A stretch of DNA of 64,000 nt from Tubiluchus corallicola (GCA_030141605.1 JAQGDQ010000013.1:1-64000), one strand, 5' to 3'; positions 24,195 to 38,092 are shown, numbered from the stretch's first letter. Translations and numbers: made by a program. Notes: generated by a model not told the origin, from the letters alone.

Positions 24195-27100
24195 GTAAGT
24201 ATATCTTATGTATTATATTAATTCTGTTAATGTACTGTGTTATATTATGATAGGTTTACAAACATTTTTTCTTTGAGTAGTGCACAGCGTCTTCTCTGTT
24301 CTCACTTTACAATAATCAGAACTCTTAATCTGGAGTTGTCTACTTTGGTGACACAATCCCTTGGCTGTATGGAATTATAATCTTGTTTAACATGCTTGAC
24401 GTATGTTCATCTAAATTAATTCTAGTGTTGGTCTTCACCATAAGTAATTCTTACCAAGTTGTGTGCATTTCCAGTTTAATGGTAAACACATTTGCACCTT
24501 GTTAATGTGTCTTAAAATTCTTAGCTATAAACTGCTGTTATATAAAGAATATAAATATGAATTTAATTAAAATGTTATTATACAAGTTATGTTGTGAACT
24601 TCGATGTGTTACCATGTAGGCAAGTATTACTGTCCCAAGGTTCGAAGTTAATGTAATATTATTTTTCTATAAATACGTAAATATTTGTAATTAATTAACA
24701 CACGTTAATGATGTGCTAGACAAAATTCTCCAGTCGATTATGGTTTGTTCATTAATATAAGTAATCACATTTGGACTTCTTACCTCGAAGAAAAGTGTGT
24801 TAAATACTGTTTATGTTTGTGTGTTTATCAGGGTATATTTATGACGCAAATTTCTATCAGCCTTTTTATTTCAGCCTTTTTATTTCATTTTTGTTGACTC
24901 AGGTCAGGAAGCTTATTCACTCAGCTGGGCAGCATAGTATTATTCTTTCTTCTTGTAATACTGTAATTCTTAATAATGTGAGTCACATTCATGTATGTGA
25001 ACTGGCCTACCTGCACAAGTGTGTTTGATGGAAATCATTTAATGCACATACAGGTGCCGTCTTTCATCAGATGAGTCAAACATATAAAAATAGGACAAAC
25101 ACACATCTTTACTTTGATTATTAGATGTACACTATTGGCAACATGTTTATGCTTGGGAAAGCATATGGGAAAGCTCCTCTATGGGAAAAATGACAAACCC
25201 AATAATAGTTAACATTGTGTTAACAATGGTTGAAAAAACAACAGGACAATTAAAGTGCATATTGTGTTTTAACCACATATCATTATTAAAGTAATCTCAT
25301 CCTTTAATTACACTTGGTAGTAATGAATAAGGGAAGTAAGGGATACGTGATGCCTTATATAAAAGATTTCCTTTGAAACACTGCTGCTTTTACTTCTCCT
25401 GAGCAAACCAAGGTTACCAAAGCAACTTAACTGCTTTAAAACATTTGAGACATCATGCTTCCAGGGACCTGTAAAGAACTTTTTTCTCTTGGGAAGGATA
25501 TCAGTGTTCCTGTACGTTTCTTCTTTAGAAAGCATCACATCTCCTGTATTTCACCTTGTTGATGGCAACAAAATACAATCAAAAGCTGACATTATTTTAA
25601 TAATGAACTGTGAATAAATTAACTTGTTCACTTTGAATTTCTTTTTATTCTGTATAATAAACATGTGCCTTTGTGACGTGAACCCACGAAGGTTTGGACT
25701 GGCTGACAGAATAAATTAAAGCCTAGCGGGGTAATGGCCTAGGGAATTTCCATTTGAATTACGCAATGAGCGAATGAATCTAGAATGGTAACTCATGTGT
25801 GAAACTGATTGTGTGGCTGCAGGCATTCAGCTTGTTAAATTTATCCTGTCATTTCTTAGCAGTAAATTGCAATAAAGTTTCATCGTGGATTTTATGCAAA
25901 ATTAGAACGAAGTCAGTTTGTATAAATCTACCATCACATTTACACTTTGCATTTGATGTGAAATGCACAAAAAATGAAATCGCTTCGTAAAGGTTTATGT
26001 CTTGTTTAGTGACGTTTTCATTGTTGTCTGTGCATTTACCCAAACGTTTCTTCATAGGTAAATACTGATAGCGGTGTAGAGTAGTCGACTCTGTAGCATG
26101 AGCAGTATTTTTATTACCAGATAGATTAAAGTTTAGTTAAACTGTTCAGACAGGTACTGACTAATTAAGGCCCATTAACGAGTTAATAGTAAAGCCGAAT
26201 CCTGCCAAATCTAAAACTTGCTCTTTTTTAAAGTGCGTTGAATCTAAGATGAAAGTTTAATTCAGCTTTCCCTCATATCCATCGGTGTCAGAGTTTTTGC
26301 AATAGAGGTGCATCTGACACATTTCATTGGTGTTTGCTTCACTATCACTGCCTCCACAGCCTTTTTCACAAATCGTTAGTGACAGTCGGGTAGCAGCATT
26401 TCATCGTTTTGAAAGGTCCTTTATGCAAAGAATACATATATGTTTAACAGGTTTAATAGACTGAGTCTTCTTTGACACAAGAAAGTCCTACCAGGAAAAG
26501 ATTTTTGCCTGATATGTATGAACACTGCGCTACGCGACAGTTTCTGAATTATTAAAGTGCGTTTCTTTTGATCGTCCATAATTTTTCATATTTCCTCATC
26601 ACTATATTCTCTCTGAGTTATGGCTGCTGCATTACAATCCTCAGAAGATCTGCTAAACATGGAAGTGTTTCAACATGGTCGAGCACCAATTTTTCTCATC
26701 TTGCACGGGCAACCTGTCCTATTTCACTGCATTCAATCTGTCAATTACACTGTAGAGGAATTCACAGTCAAACATCCTGAGAATTGCCTGGTCAATAAGT
26801 CCTGGTAATATTTTGAAAATTTCACAGATTTATTCCAGTCAAATGAGCAGCATTATTTTATTAGAACCTGAAAAATTGCTCGATTGAATGGTGAATATTG
26901 CGAGTTGAAGTGATTTGTTAGACATTCAAATATTTACAGTCGTATTCCGCTTTTTTGCTGTAATATTTGTTACTCGTAGTTTGGCGAGAACATTGTGGAG
27001 TCATTTCAATCTGTTAATTTTGTTTTTTTTTATTAAAAATCCGCTAGCCAGTCGGAATGAATTAACAACTGATAGGAAAAAGTTTGTCAGACGCGGGTCT

Positions 27101-28490
27101 ATATATAATAGATTTTTAGATTCTTTTGAAAATCAGTCGTGCTAGAAATACGGATTGAAAAATATATTTGCTGATGCACAATAAAAGATGAAGATTCGAC
27201 ATGCTACACAGAAGCTTTCAGAAAAAATTCTCAGACATGTATATTGCTGCAGTCCTTGACATAGGAAAGTTTATATAGTAGTAAATCTTATACTAAAACT
27301 GACCTGGATTTGGATTTAGTAGGCACTTCAGAAGGCCGCGGACAATAATTTGAGGAGTTGTTGGACGTTATACTGTTATTCTCCGTAAGCTAAAATCTGA
27401 AAATCAGCTTGCGTTAATCAAGATCCAAGTAATTATGTACCTAGTTTACTATACTTCTGCCTGCAGCCTTTATGGCATTTGCACCTGTTACATGACTCTA
27501 TAATTGTGTACTTAACAGACCACATTGGCTGTTCTTGCTAAGGCTAAATACTTTTACTCAAATGTCCAGGGCTGAATACTATATTCTAGTAGCAGGGAAT
27601 GAGTGCATTCTTGCACTAAATGACCCGTAGCCATATATTCCGGATTGCCTTCGCTAAATTATCGAAATCTGCATCTGATTTCATTTGTTAAGTGATCCCA
27701 CACATTCAAGTCGTGCCAAGCCAAGGCAATAATTATCTGCCTTTCAATGGCCGCATGCTCGGGAGACCTACACAAGGGGTTAAAATAACTTTTTACCTTC
27801 ATTGCATGCCATTAATAAATATTCATATAGTCAGAGGCTGCAATTGGTTTCTAACTGTACTACGTAACTTCATGTTGGTAAATTCAAAGTTGCATCAAGG
27901 CTGTGAACTGATGCAACTCCTTTATTTCTAGTTCTCTAACTAAGCCCTATGGGTCTAGCTTTTATTATGTTGATAGAAAACGCAATGTTAATGTGAATCA
28001 TTAAGTTACTTTTTACTCAGTTGTAGCAATATCCTACCTGTGTGGGTGGGTTAAATAAAAATAAAGGCTTTATATAGGTATGCTCTTGTAGATTTTTTAT
28101 ATATTTTTAAAAAGTCGCAAACGTTGATGATATTGAACATACAGTAACATGAATTTAAAATTTACAAGACAAAGAGAACACTTAGATGATAGCTGTTTTT
28201 ATCGCAGTGCCAAGAAATTAAATGGTATCAGAAATACTAGTCACATTTTGATTTTATTGACGTGTATCGTAGTTCAACCCAAATTTAGTTGGATTCGGAT
28301 TGGGTACATTTTTACCGACTCTGATTCCATTAGCACAATAATTGCTCAAACTCCGACTCTACAGTCCTAGCAACAAACCTTGTCAGTACCAAATTGTGCT
28401 TTACTTATAAATTCACATTTACAGTAGTAATTCAGGTTTACCAAGTCACCACGTATGTTTAGAATTACAAAAATTGTTTACCTTGCTAAG

Positions 28491-28892
28491 CAGGGCTGTG
28501 GAGTCGGAGGGAGTACACTTATCGTTAGAGGAGTCGGTGTTTCAGTCGGTAAAACTAGATAAAAGTTTACTTTTTAAACAATTATACCTAACACTAAGAT
28601 AGTTCACGTTAAGTAAATTATATCAGCAAAAGTAAACTGCCGATTGTTATGGCTTAGGTGGCCACTTCTTACCCTGAGCAATTATAACCTGGTGTTAGAT
28701 ACTTGTTGTTCTTAAAATATTTACATTGTTTTTATTTTTGCAAATTTTTCTTCGGAGAACTTGAGCATAAGGATTAGCCTGGTGAATCGCTTTGTTGTGA
28801 TGAAATGCCACTGTAGCTAAGCTGGTAGAATATTGAGAGTACTATGGCAAGAGTCGGAGCCCCAGTCGGGAGTTTAATGTACCACAGCTGTG
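28491..28892. mobile_element. hAT-type MITE with GGAGTCGG repeats
   Basis: 8-bp TSD ttgctaag / ttgctagg (7/8). Termini cagggctgtgg vs reverse complement cacagctgtgg (9/11). A right-end fragment of the same family (ctccgactctacagtcct) lies at ~28290-28370. Confidence 0.7.
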
Positions 28893-30213
28893 TTGCTAGG
28901 ATATTGTAATATCAGCATTACAAATATTGTAGCCTTTCACTAAATTATTTCAAACTTGTAAAATTCAGTGCAAATAATCACCTGTTAAGTTTTTCTACTA
29001 AGTGTTCACATAACTGTGATATTCATGCATGATATGGCTGCACTAAATTACCTTATACTTACACTTTCAGGGTTACAATCTGCCGTTTGATTCACATTTT
29101 GAGACATGAAATTTGTAGTGAGTAAACGACTCTATTTAACATTGCCTCCTCATCAGGACCTCTCTGCCGTCACTGATCAAACACACGATGGCTTCATTCT
29201 ATGGCTTCCTACAGTCTTCTGTCACGTGACTCTAAAAGATCTATTGAATGAATTTCAGAGCTTTTTCTTATCCTTTGCTGGCCAGATTACAGGAAGAAAG
29301 CTCTTAACCAACCAGTGCAGAATTTCCTGTGCATTCAGAGCTTTCAGTAGTTTCCTAATTAAATTGGGATCTTTGCGCGCATTTGCACAGTGACTGGGAG
29401 ATTGATTTCATCTTCACTTTAATAACTTTGTTGCAGTCTTGGCCTTGTTTATAGGGTTCCACAAGTCTTATACTTGCCGTATGTCTATATATACAACATC
29501 CTTCAGGTTCTCTTAACTTCACAGCTACATAGCTTTGGAAATTTTCAGACGTTTTTGACAGTTTACCTTGTAGAAACACACTTGCTCCTTTTAAAAAACT
29601 TCTCTTACATCACCCTAGAGGAAAAGCTGACACGCTGCTAATAAGTTTCAAAACTGGTCATATACTGGGCAGTACCACAGCAGCAAAAAGCGCGTAAAGT
29701 CAGTTAAAACAATAGAAAACGCCATAGTTTCGTATTCTTAGCTCATTCACGGTTCACCATATACCACTTCGGCAAAAGCACATTGTGGGTGTTGCTTGGT
29801 TAAACCATGTACGCATTTTAACTTTAATTATCTGAAAATTTAGCTTCATTAACCACAGCAATGTGAAATCTAACTTCTGCTCGAGTTTTGCAAGCAGCTG
29901 CGCTTGACATTTACATCAAAATGTTCACGGGTCTCTCTTTAACGGATCATTGTTCAGAAGTGAAATCAAATCAAATTCAATTAAAATATAAGCTCGTCAG
30001 AGAATGCGCGATTTAAGGTGGAAATGTCATTCTTCTTAAACATAGGAAGGGCCTAGGCAGTTGAAGCCTTGAGAGTAAATTGTTTAGTAGCAAAATAGTA
30101 TTCTTTAGCTGCTTCTGTCAGGCATTCTGTGGAAGGAACTCATGTTATGAGACTATATGCTGATTTTGGCCTAACATTCATGTTTTATGTTTCTTCTTCC
30201 CTATCTTCTAGAT

Positions 30214-31033
30214 CAGTGGTTCCCAAACTTTCTCGGACCGTTATCCAAATCGGGAAACCCGGTCGTGTCCATTACCCCCCACCTAGTACTACTTCTCCAA
30301 CTCAAAAAGTAAACACATGTATATGCCACAAGCAAGCAAAATTATTTATGTTTGCTCGTGACATAAATAAATTTCCAGGTGTTGTTGTTGTATTGTTGCC
30401 AAAACAAGAATTACAATTACTGAACCTGCTCATTACTGAGTGAGCAGGTTCGTTCGAGTAATTATTACTCGAACAAACGAAAACAAGAAGAAATGAATGA
30501 CAACAACAAAATCTCAGTTAGTGGGACGGATGAGCCTGTTTTTCGGACGCCAGTTTCTCAATCCTGGGTTTCGTCAGGCTCAAAGCAACGCGTGCATCGC
30601 TTTCCACGTCCAACCTATTTCTTTTCTTTGTTTTCATGTTCATTATGGACGAAAAACCTTGTTCACACATTATTAGGCAAGTAATATTTTACTTTTCCTC
30701 AGTATCAAAAAGATAGAGAGATAGTAAAAGGGGCCTAGCTTTCTCTAAACTCTAAACGCTGTGCAGAAATGTCGATAGAGAAGAAACCAAAGAAACAATC
30801 GTGAACTTTGACTTCTCCCCAGGATCGCACCAGAGATCGTGGGAACGTGCGAATGATGAACCCCATGACACAGTGTTGCCTGCCTGAGGCAGTCTCTTCA
30901 AGAAGAAAACTACGTAAAATGCATTCCGAGCGAAGTTTTAAAAATTTTCAGAGGGGTGCCCGTTACCCCCCCCCCCCCAAAAAAAACCATATTACCCCCG
31001 GGGGGTAATTTACCCGTACTTTGGGAACCACTG
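30214..31033. mobile_element. non-autonomous hAT (Charlie-like) DNA transposon
   Basis: Perfect 14-bp TIR cagtggttcccaaa / tttgggaaccactg. 8-bp TSD ttctagat / ttctggat fits the NTCTAGAN preference. Subterminal ttaccccc repeats; no transposase ORF. Confidence 0.92.
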
Positions 31034-34000
31034 TTCTGGATTCTCCTCATTATTAAGTTTCTCGTTTCTCCTAATTTTTAATAAAATGGCAACATCAGTT
31101 TTTCCAAGCCACCTATATTGCAAATTTTCACCTCAAGAGTTAAAATTTTATCATGTTAGTCCTGTTTTGTAAAACATTTTATGCTGTTTTTATTTTTTCT
31201 TTATCCCAGTTTGTCTATGCTACTTTACTGACGAAGAAAACGCTTGTTACGTCATCCGCATTGACGACTCTAGTTCAAACTAGTCTTGAGGCTCTAGTGG
31301 CACATGTACAAACATACTATAGATACTGCATGTTAGTCTTCTCTCTGGCTACAACTGCCCCCCCCCCCTATCGCCTCGCGATCCACTCCTCCGGAAGAAC
31401 TGTCCGAACTTTCGTCCCTTAAGATTAAACACATTCTCTGTGGTGTAACGTGCACCGTTATTACTGTAAATGCATGCAATAAATCATTTTTACAACAGTT
31501 CTGCACCTGCTACATGAAAGAAAAGGAAAATTTACGACGGACTTCCGGAAGTGCCAGAACAAAGCGTAGTAGTGTCCCTAGAGTAGCCAGCGAAAATAAA
31601 GAGATGCTTGTCATACGTCTCCTCACAGTGAGGTTTTCTGTACGGCGGTTTCGGATATATCAATCAAAAATGAATTACTGATTCTTTATCGCTGAAGCCA
31701 ATAGCGGCGATGTTTGTGTATTTAAAAACTGCTAACGTAAAGATTTACTTTTAAGCCGCTTACTATATGACTGACGAAACCAAAGTGGCAGTTATGCAAT
31801 AAATGCCAAAAATGCAATTAAAACACACGAATAAGGCATTTTTGTAAAAACAGTTCACAATGAGCCCAGCCAGACTAGAACTGTTAACAAATCCGGCACA
31901 AAACAAGACTTAATAAATAATGAATATACTTGGGCGAGGACACAGCCAAATGGTAACAGTGTATGTTTAGTGGTTAAAGTTAAGCAAAGCCAAGCCTGAT
32001 CAGTTAATATACGGGTGAGACCTGAGCTTCTGAACGATTTCACCTGATATTCTACCCAAATTGTTTACCTCGTTGTGTATATATATATCCATCCAAACAG
32101 TCGCTGAGATACTTCTGTTGGTTCAGTGTCTCATCTTAGAGGATTATTCTGCATAATTATTTAAATTTCGGTCTCGCCACAACCATCTGCCTTAAATAGA
32201 CCATGTCATCAGGTGCTGTAACGGGCTTGCAGAGTTTCGGGCTGTATATAAAAAATAACCCTTTGTTATGAGAGCGAAACAGAATGGCACATGCTTTTAA
32301 CATGTTATTGGATTCCGCAAATAAGCGGCTGCAGAAATTGTCACTTTTTAGAAATTCCGTCGCTCACGTAATTATGGATTCCACAGTTTACGTCTAAGTG
32401 GCACGAATGATATAAATCATTCTAATTTTGGTTACTGAAGAGAGGTCGCACCCCATTAAGGTTCCGTGTTCGAAAACCGCTATTTATAACAAAACACGAG
32501 ATAAACTTGTTTTACACTGAAAATTAAAACGGCGTAAAATGAAAAAAACGAGAAGTTCGAGCTTAAGGATGACAATACTCCTCATTTGTATTGTGCTGTT
32601 TGCTCTCTACTTTCAATTTAGGGTTGTCATCTCTTTGGTGTACATTATTTACAGTGTCCTACCACACCTACATTCATTTCCTTTTTAAAGAACTACAGTT
32701 ATAAATAAAGCCTGTCTTTGGTCTGCCACGTTCCAACAAATAAGAATTACTTGTCAAATAAGATTATTGCTGTAATCAAGTTAACAGAATTCTGCTTTTA
32801 GCAGCTAGTTAGGGCAGAACCAGAATTAGAATGTCCCAGTCTGTAACCTGAATTTCTTACTGGGTACTGGGCTCTACTGGTGACACGATTGTATTACGAT
32901 TTAGCAGATTTGTACATTGGAAATACTGATAGCAGTTCCGTGACTGGAAGCTCTGCTTCGTCGCAAAGAGGGTAATCTTAGATTCTTCGTACCTGTACCA
33001 TTTTTCCTAGTGCTAAGGTATGTCTAATTACTCGTATTGTAGTGATGGAGTGGAAATGGAAAGTTTTCTTGGAAATCCGATTTCCTCTTCTCCTGGGAAA
33101 TTGAGTTAAGGGGAAATTTATTTTGCTTAATTCTACATTTGGGTTGTAATAATAGAGTAAAACTGCAACTTTATGAGTAATATGTTCCACACGGTATCAT
33201 TTTCATAATAATCAAGCGTGCTTTACCAGCTCTTCTTCTTAAGAAGTCAGTGCAGTATTTTTAAATACACGTGTAAATGCTTTTTAATATTCAACAGTAT
33301 GTGCCAGTGAATCCTGATCAATGAGTTTTTGAATGAATCAGTTATAGACTTGCATTTTAGGCTGATGCAATAGTACTTTTGTAGCTGCTTTTTTCATCCA
33401 TTCTCCAGTCTTTTCCTGTAGTACGAGCTGGTGTGAGTCCTGCATAATTTTTTTATGTTCTATAGAATGCAACATAATATCTGTTTTCTTTGCCTTCTTG
33501 TGATCCAAGCAATTCCTTGTTGTTTGACGTTTCTGGTACTTACGTATCAGGTAGCTTCTGGTCATTGTCAAAAGGACATTCGTTTTTAATAATTTGGAAA
33601 TTCCTTTTTTAACACTAGGTTTGTTTTGTTGGCTTCCTGATTTTGTTAATTTTGTTGACTTTCATTTGTTACAGTTCGCCTATCTCGAATTTTCATTTTA
33701 GCATAAATCACATAGTTTCCAATACAGTGCTATTGTTTTCACTAGTGACAGGTACAGAGTCAACTCAGCTTTTTCTGAATAAACGTCTTAATCTTTAAAA
33801 GCATTTGTGCGTTTCTAGAACTTTCCTAGGCATTGATACACGACATAGATTTTTAAAGATTACTGTTAGTGACATTCGCAAAAATGAAAATTTACTCCTT
33901 GTGAGGTTTAAACGAACAGTTGCTCTTTATTGATCCTGTATAAATTTCACCACTTTTGTGATAATACTTAGCTTAGGAATGTGGAGATGTCTTGTGTATA

Positions 34001-35706
34001 TATGTATCACGTGGCTGTGGAAAATTTCTGATTATAATTAAAAGTTTCAAACTTACTTAGATAACTACGTAAGACATACAAATTTATCTAGGTTTATGTA
34101 GATTAGATCAGTGAATTCCATTTCTGTAGCAGTAGTATTTACAGTGAGAACAATCCCAGACTAACAGTAGACAATTCAAACAAATTTGATAATGGTTCAT
34201 GAGAAGAGTGAGAGCTATTGAAGTAATTAATTGTGGAACACATGATTTGCCTGTACTCTATACAAAAGGTGCTCGTATGCGTCGTAAGCTTGTACTGTTC
34301 ACTTGTATCGGCAAAAAATTATGCTACAGGATCAAACTGCAAAGTCCCTTAGGTCCTTGTGAATAATGCCTAATTCCTGTCACCGCCTAAATTTTCATAA
34401 GTATTATGATGTACCTTTTAATGAGGACTAATCGTTACAGCACCCACTTTGTGGTTGCTATAAACGATACATTCATTTAGCCTTTCTGCGTTATTCCTTT
34501 TTCTCTCTTTTGTGTTGCTGATGCAGCAGAAGATGCTGTTGTTCTCATCTTTTCTAAATCACATTAGCTTACATGCCTTCCCGTGAGAGATTGAAGATTT
34601 TCTTGTGATCACAAACTTTTGCAAAATAATAAATCTAAAGGATTTCACTGCAGCAGATATCAACGTAGAAAGATGTCTGTGATGACGACTTGATGGTTTT
34701 GTAATGGAGAAGCAGAGTATATAGTTATTGATAACGAAAATATTCAAGAAATTTTCTTGAATATTTCCAATGACATCCTGTGTGAGCTTTTCTTCTCTCC
34801 GGTTGTTCTTTTCACGATAGATCGTTTCACGTTTTATGGTAGTTCTCTTCCAATTCATTCTGGCTGTTTCTTGCCAATTGCCTTCAGGTGCGGTGAATTC
34901 TTTTTTCTTTACCTGATTATTTTTCGGAAAGTTGTCAGGCACTGTCTGGTTGTTACCCGCGCCAGCAAATAGTCAGATGTGAATGAAACAATTTCGTCCG
35001 TTTGTCTGTTTGTTTGTTTATGTTGACTGTGTCAAGAAAACCTTACGTCACCTTAAGACTTGCATTGTAAATATATGTTCAAATGGTCAAAGATACATTT
35101 CGGGGTGGGAGTGACCTAATAGTTTTGTTTTACATCTCGTTAATTAAATCTCAAATTGAATTCGTTCAGATACTATACTTGAAAATACAGGTATAGTATT
35201 TTCAAGTACTGAATTTAACTCCAGAGAGATTAGTTTGCTCGAATAACACTAAAACTGTCCTAAATTCAACACCTCAAAACCAAGTGGGAATATAACACTT
35301 GTCGGAAACTACACGACCTTTGCTTGGTAGTTATAAGGACATTAATTTTTCTAGTGTTTAGTATAGCCTGTGTATGTCATTTCCGATTGTCTGTATTTCA
35401 GATGTATTTGCTTGAAGTGTTTTATTTTGTTTTTCATTTTTGTTTCAGTGGTCGCAGTATACTTTTCTGGTGTTCTTTTGCCAGTGACTTTTCCAGTTTT
35501 CCTTTTTTCAATCATTTTTGCAGCTTTTTGTACTTGACAGTTTTGCTGTTTCAAGCCGCTTTATTTCAACGGCTTTATTTTATGGTTTTCTGTTATATTA
35601 GTTAAACTTTAATGCACTACAGCATGTATACTGAATATGTATTCACTTTCTGAGAAACTGTCTCATCATCTTAAATTTGCACCATGATTTAATCTTACTT
35701 TCTTAA

Positions 35707-36365
35707 AGGGACAAAGAACAAAATTGAAGGTCACACGTCAATGGCTTCATTCATCCAATCACTCTCATTGTCATTCAGCAACAGCTGAAATAAATGCACT
35801 CAAAGCTAAAATTGCGTTATTCGTTTTATCGAAACTTCAGTAAAGTTACAACGTTGAGCAGATTCTCATCATCACCTTTCAAATCGGCTACTGCGACTTA
35901 GAATTTTTCTAGTCTAGTGTACCCGACCGTTTATCACTCGCAGCGTTTGCAAAATTATAGCAAAAAATAACGAACAGATAAACCAACTAAAACCAGATGA
36001 AACAAACCGCGTAGCAACAAAGAGCTGACATAACTATACACTGTGGCCGGTGCCTTTCCCAAGAAAAATAATCGCTAAGAACACCGCCATTTTGCCAACA
36101 AACTAAATTTACTAAATTAACAAAGGTATTTATATATTAACTAGCTAACTGCCTCTCACAATTTGTTAATACCCTTTATTAAATGTATTTTTTGCAGCAC
36201 TTAATGCGCCAAGAATTGCCAAGTTTCGTGACCCGCAATTTTTGTCACACTCACAGAAATAAATATCCCAAAGTCGCTATTGAAACACCTTATCTTTTTC
36301 TGTACTAAACCGTGATCGAAATTGTATTTTCTGATGTTTCTCTAGCTCGCGAACCACCTTTCCCT
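35707..36365. mobile_element. possible TTAA-type (Kolobok-like) MITE
   Basis: Left end ttaa|agggacaaag, similar to the 18335 terminus. Degenerate right end cctttccct|ttac. Confidence 0.4.
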
Positions 36366-36749
36366 TTACAGTAGCAGCAGTCAAAGTTTTGTTGCCGTCG
36401 TCGAATGCTTGTTATGCTTATTGCAGGCAATGGACAATGTATACCAAAGAAATGTTTGGAAAACAAATGCAGTAAATGCGTTCGTTTAGTCCAGTTAGTA
36501 TTTTAGAAATTGCTATATTGTCCAGGGGTTGTAAAGAATCTAGCACCTTGTGTTATTTTTTGTTACTTAGTGGTTTTGAGGTCTTTTGGGCCTTGAGTTT
36601 AAAAAAAGTGGGTGACATTTTTTCAAACAGTGCTCAAGGTCATTTGAAGAAAAATGTGTATTACTCAAATCAATTTCGCTTGGTACTATCACACTCAAAT
36701 TTTAAGGAAAGGTATGTATTTTACTAAAGAAATGTCAGAGCTGATTTTC

Positions 36750-38092
36750 ATATCAAGGTCAACAATTTTTTTCAGTGTAACATTAAAAGAAAATCAATTT
36801 ATTTCAGAAAAAGTATAATTGGAAATTAAGTTGGCAGTTTGCCTTTTTCACTCAGATGTCATGGAAAGTATCCCGGATTGTATATTCAATAACTCTTAAT
36901 TGCCTCGCCATGGCCAAGATCAAATTAACGTAATGGATGCTCACATATATGCAATTCATGTATGAAAAACTCTGTTAAAGCTAGTAAATTACCCATGATT
37001 CAGTTAAAGGTAAAAGAACAAATACAATCTCAGAGTTGACCTCGACCAGTGGTAACCAAATTTATTATAAAGGTCAAGTGACTACAACTGACTACAATAT
37101 CTTGTGTACTTAAGTCAGGTATTATGACTACAGCTATTTAAATGATCATTGAAATGAAAAGTAGAACAAAATGTGTCAAATGTTGAACTTGCTAGAAGAA
37201 GAAGAAGAAGAATCTTATGTCTAACTGCATAGAGATAGATGGTACGGCATTTACGCCCCCCATAACCTTGGTACTCAAAGTGGCATTTGGTTCATAATTA
37301 GGTACTCAATTGGCTAAGCAGAAATAGAAAGCAGCCAGAGAATGCTATTCAAGTGAAACATGGCGTAAAAAATTCCGACTAAGCGCGATTTGAACGCCGT
37401 AACCTTGGTACTCAAAGTGGCAGTTAGTTCATAATTAGGTAGGCAGGCAGGCAGACAGACGGAAAAACAGATACGTAACATCAATTAAAAAGATGACTGA
37501 TATCCAATGGCATACGGAATGATCAACCATAACGTGGTCTTGGCATTTACAGACGAGTATATTCAGCATTGCGGTTATTTTTATTTCTGTGTTCATGTCT
37601 TTTCGTTATATCACATTTTTCTCATATGTAACTGTTTTCATAGATATTGTTTGCCAGTTTTTAATGTGTATAATGCCAGTATTTGCACAACATCGCTCTG
37701 CGAAAAAAGCATATAAAGTCTGACATTTTTTTAGATTTTCGACCTTGAAATCACTTGGCCTTGACAAAATATGAAATAATACTAATCAGAGTCCTTTGGT
37801 AGACTTGCCTTGAGACTTCTATTCAATGTTTGAATGAGGCTAAGGTAATGAAGTGACTTTAACGCTTATAAAAATATGCATTTTATGTAAAATATCTCAC
37901 TTTAGGCATTTTATTTTAAATGACTTTCAAACGATCTTAAACCTCAGTTGAAAAAATAACTATCCTATCCTGTTGGAAAACTGTAGATCCATAAGACTTC
38001 AAAACCACTAAACCACTAGGTGAAAAAATTAACATTAGGTGCCGAATTCCTACATATTCTGCACATTTGCCACTAGACTATTACCAGTGACT
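36750..38092. repeat. decayed interspersed repeat, HINE/Helentron-like, with an internal ~45-bp direct repeat
   Basis: Repeated aaggtca/gaccttga motifs and a (GGCA/GACA)n stretch at ~37440-37462. The duplicated unit taaccttggtactcaaagtggca.tt.gttcataattaggta occurs at ~37263 and ~37400. Family assignment and boundaries are inferred. Confidence 0.35.

Noticed and set aside
33338-35605. Lys/Asn-rich minus-strand ORFs and Phe-rich plus-strand ORFs
   Set aside because: Explained by T-rich strand bias; no recognisable domain or coherent splice pattern.
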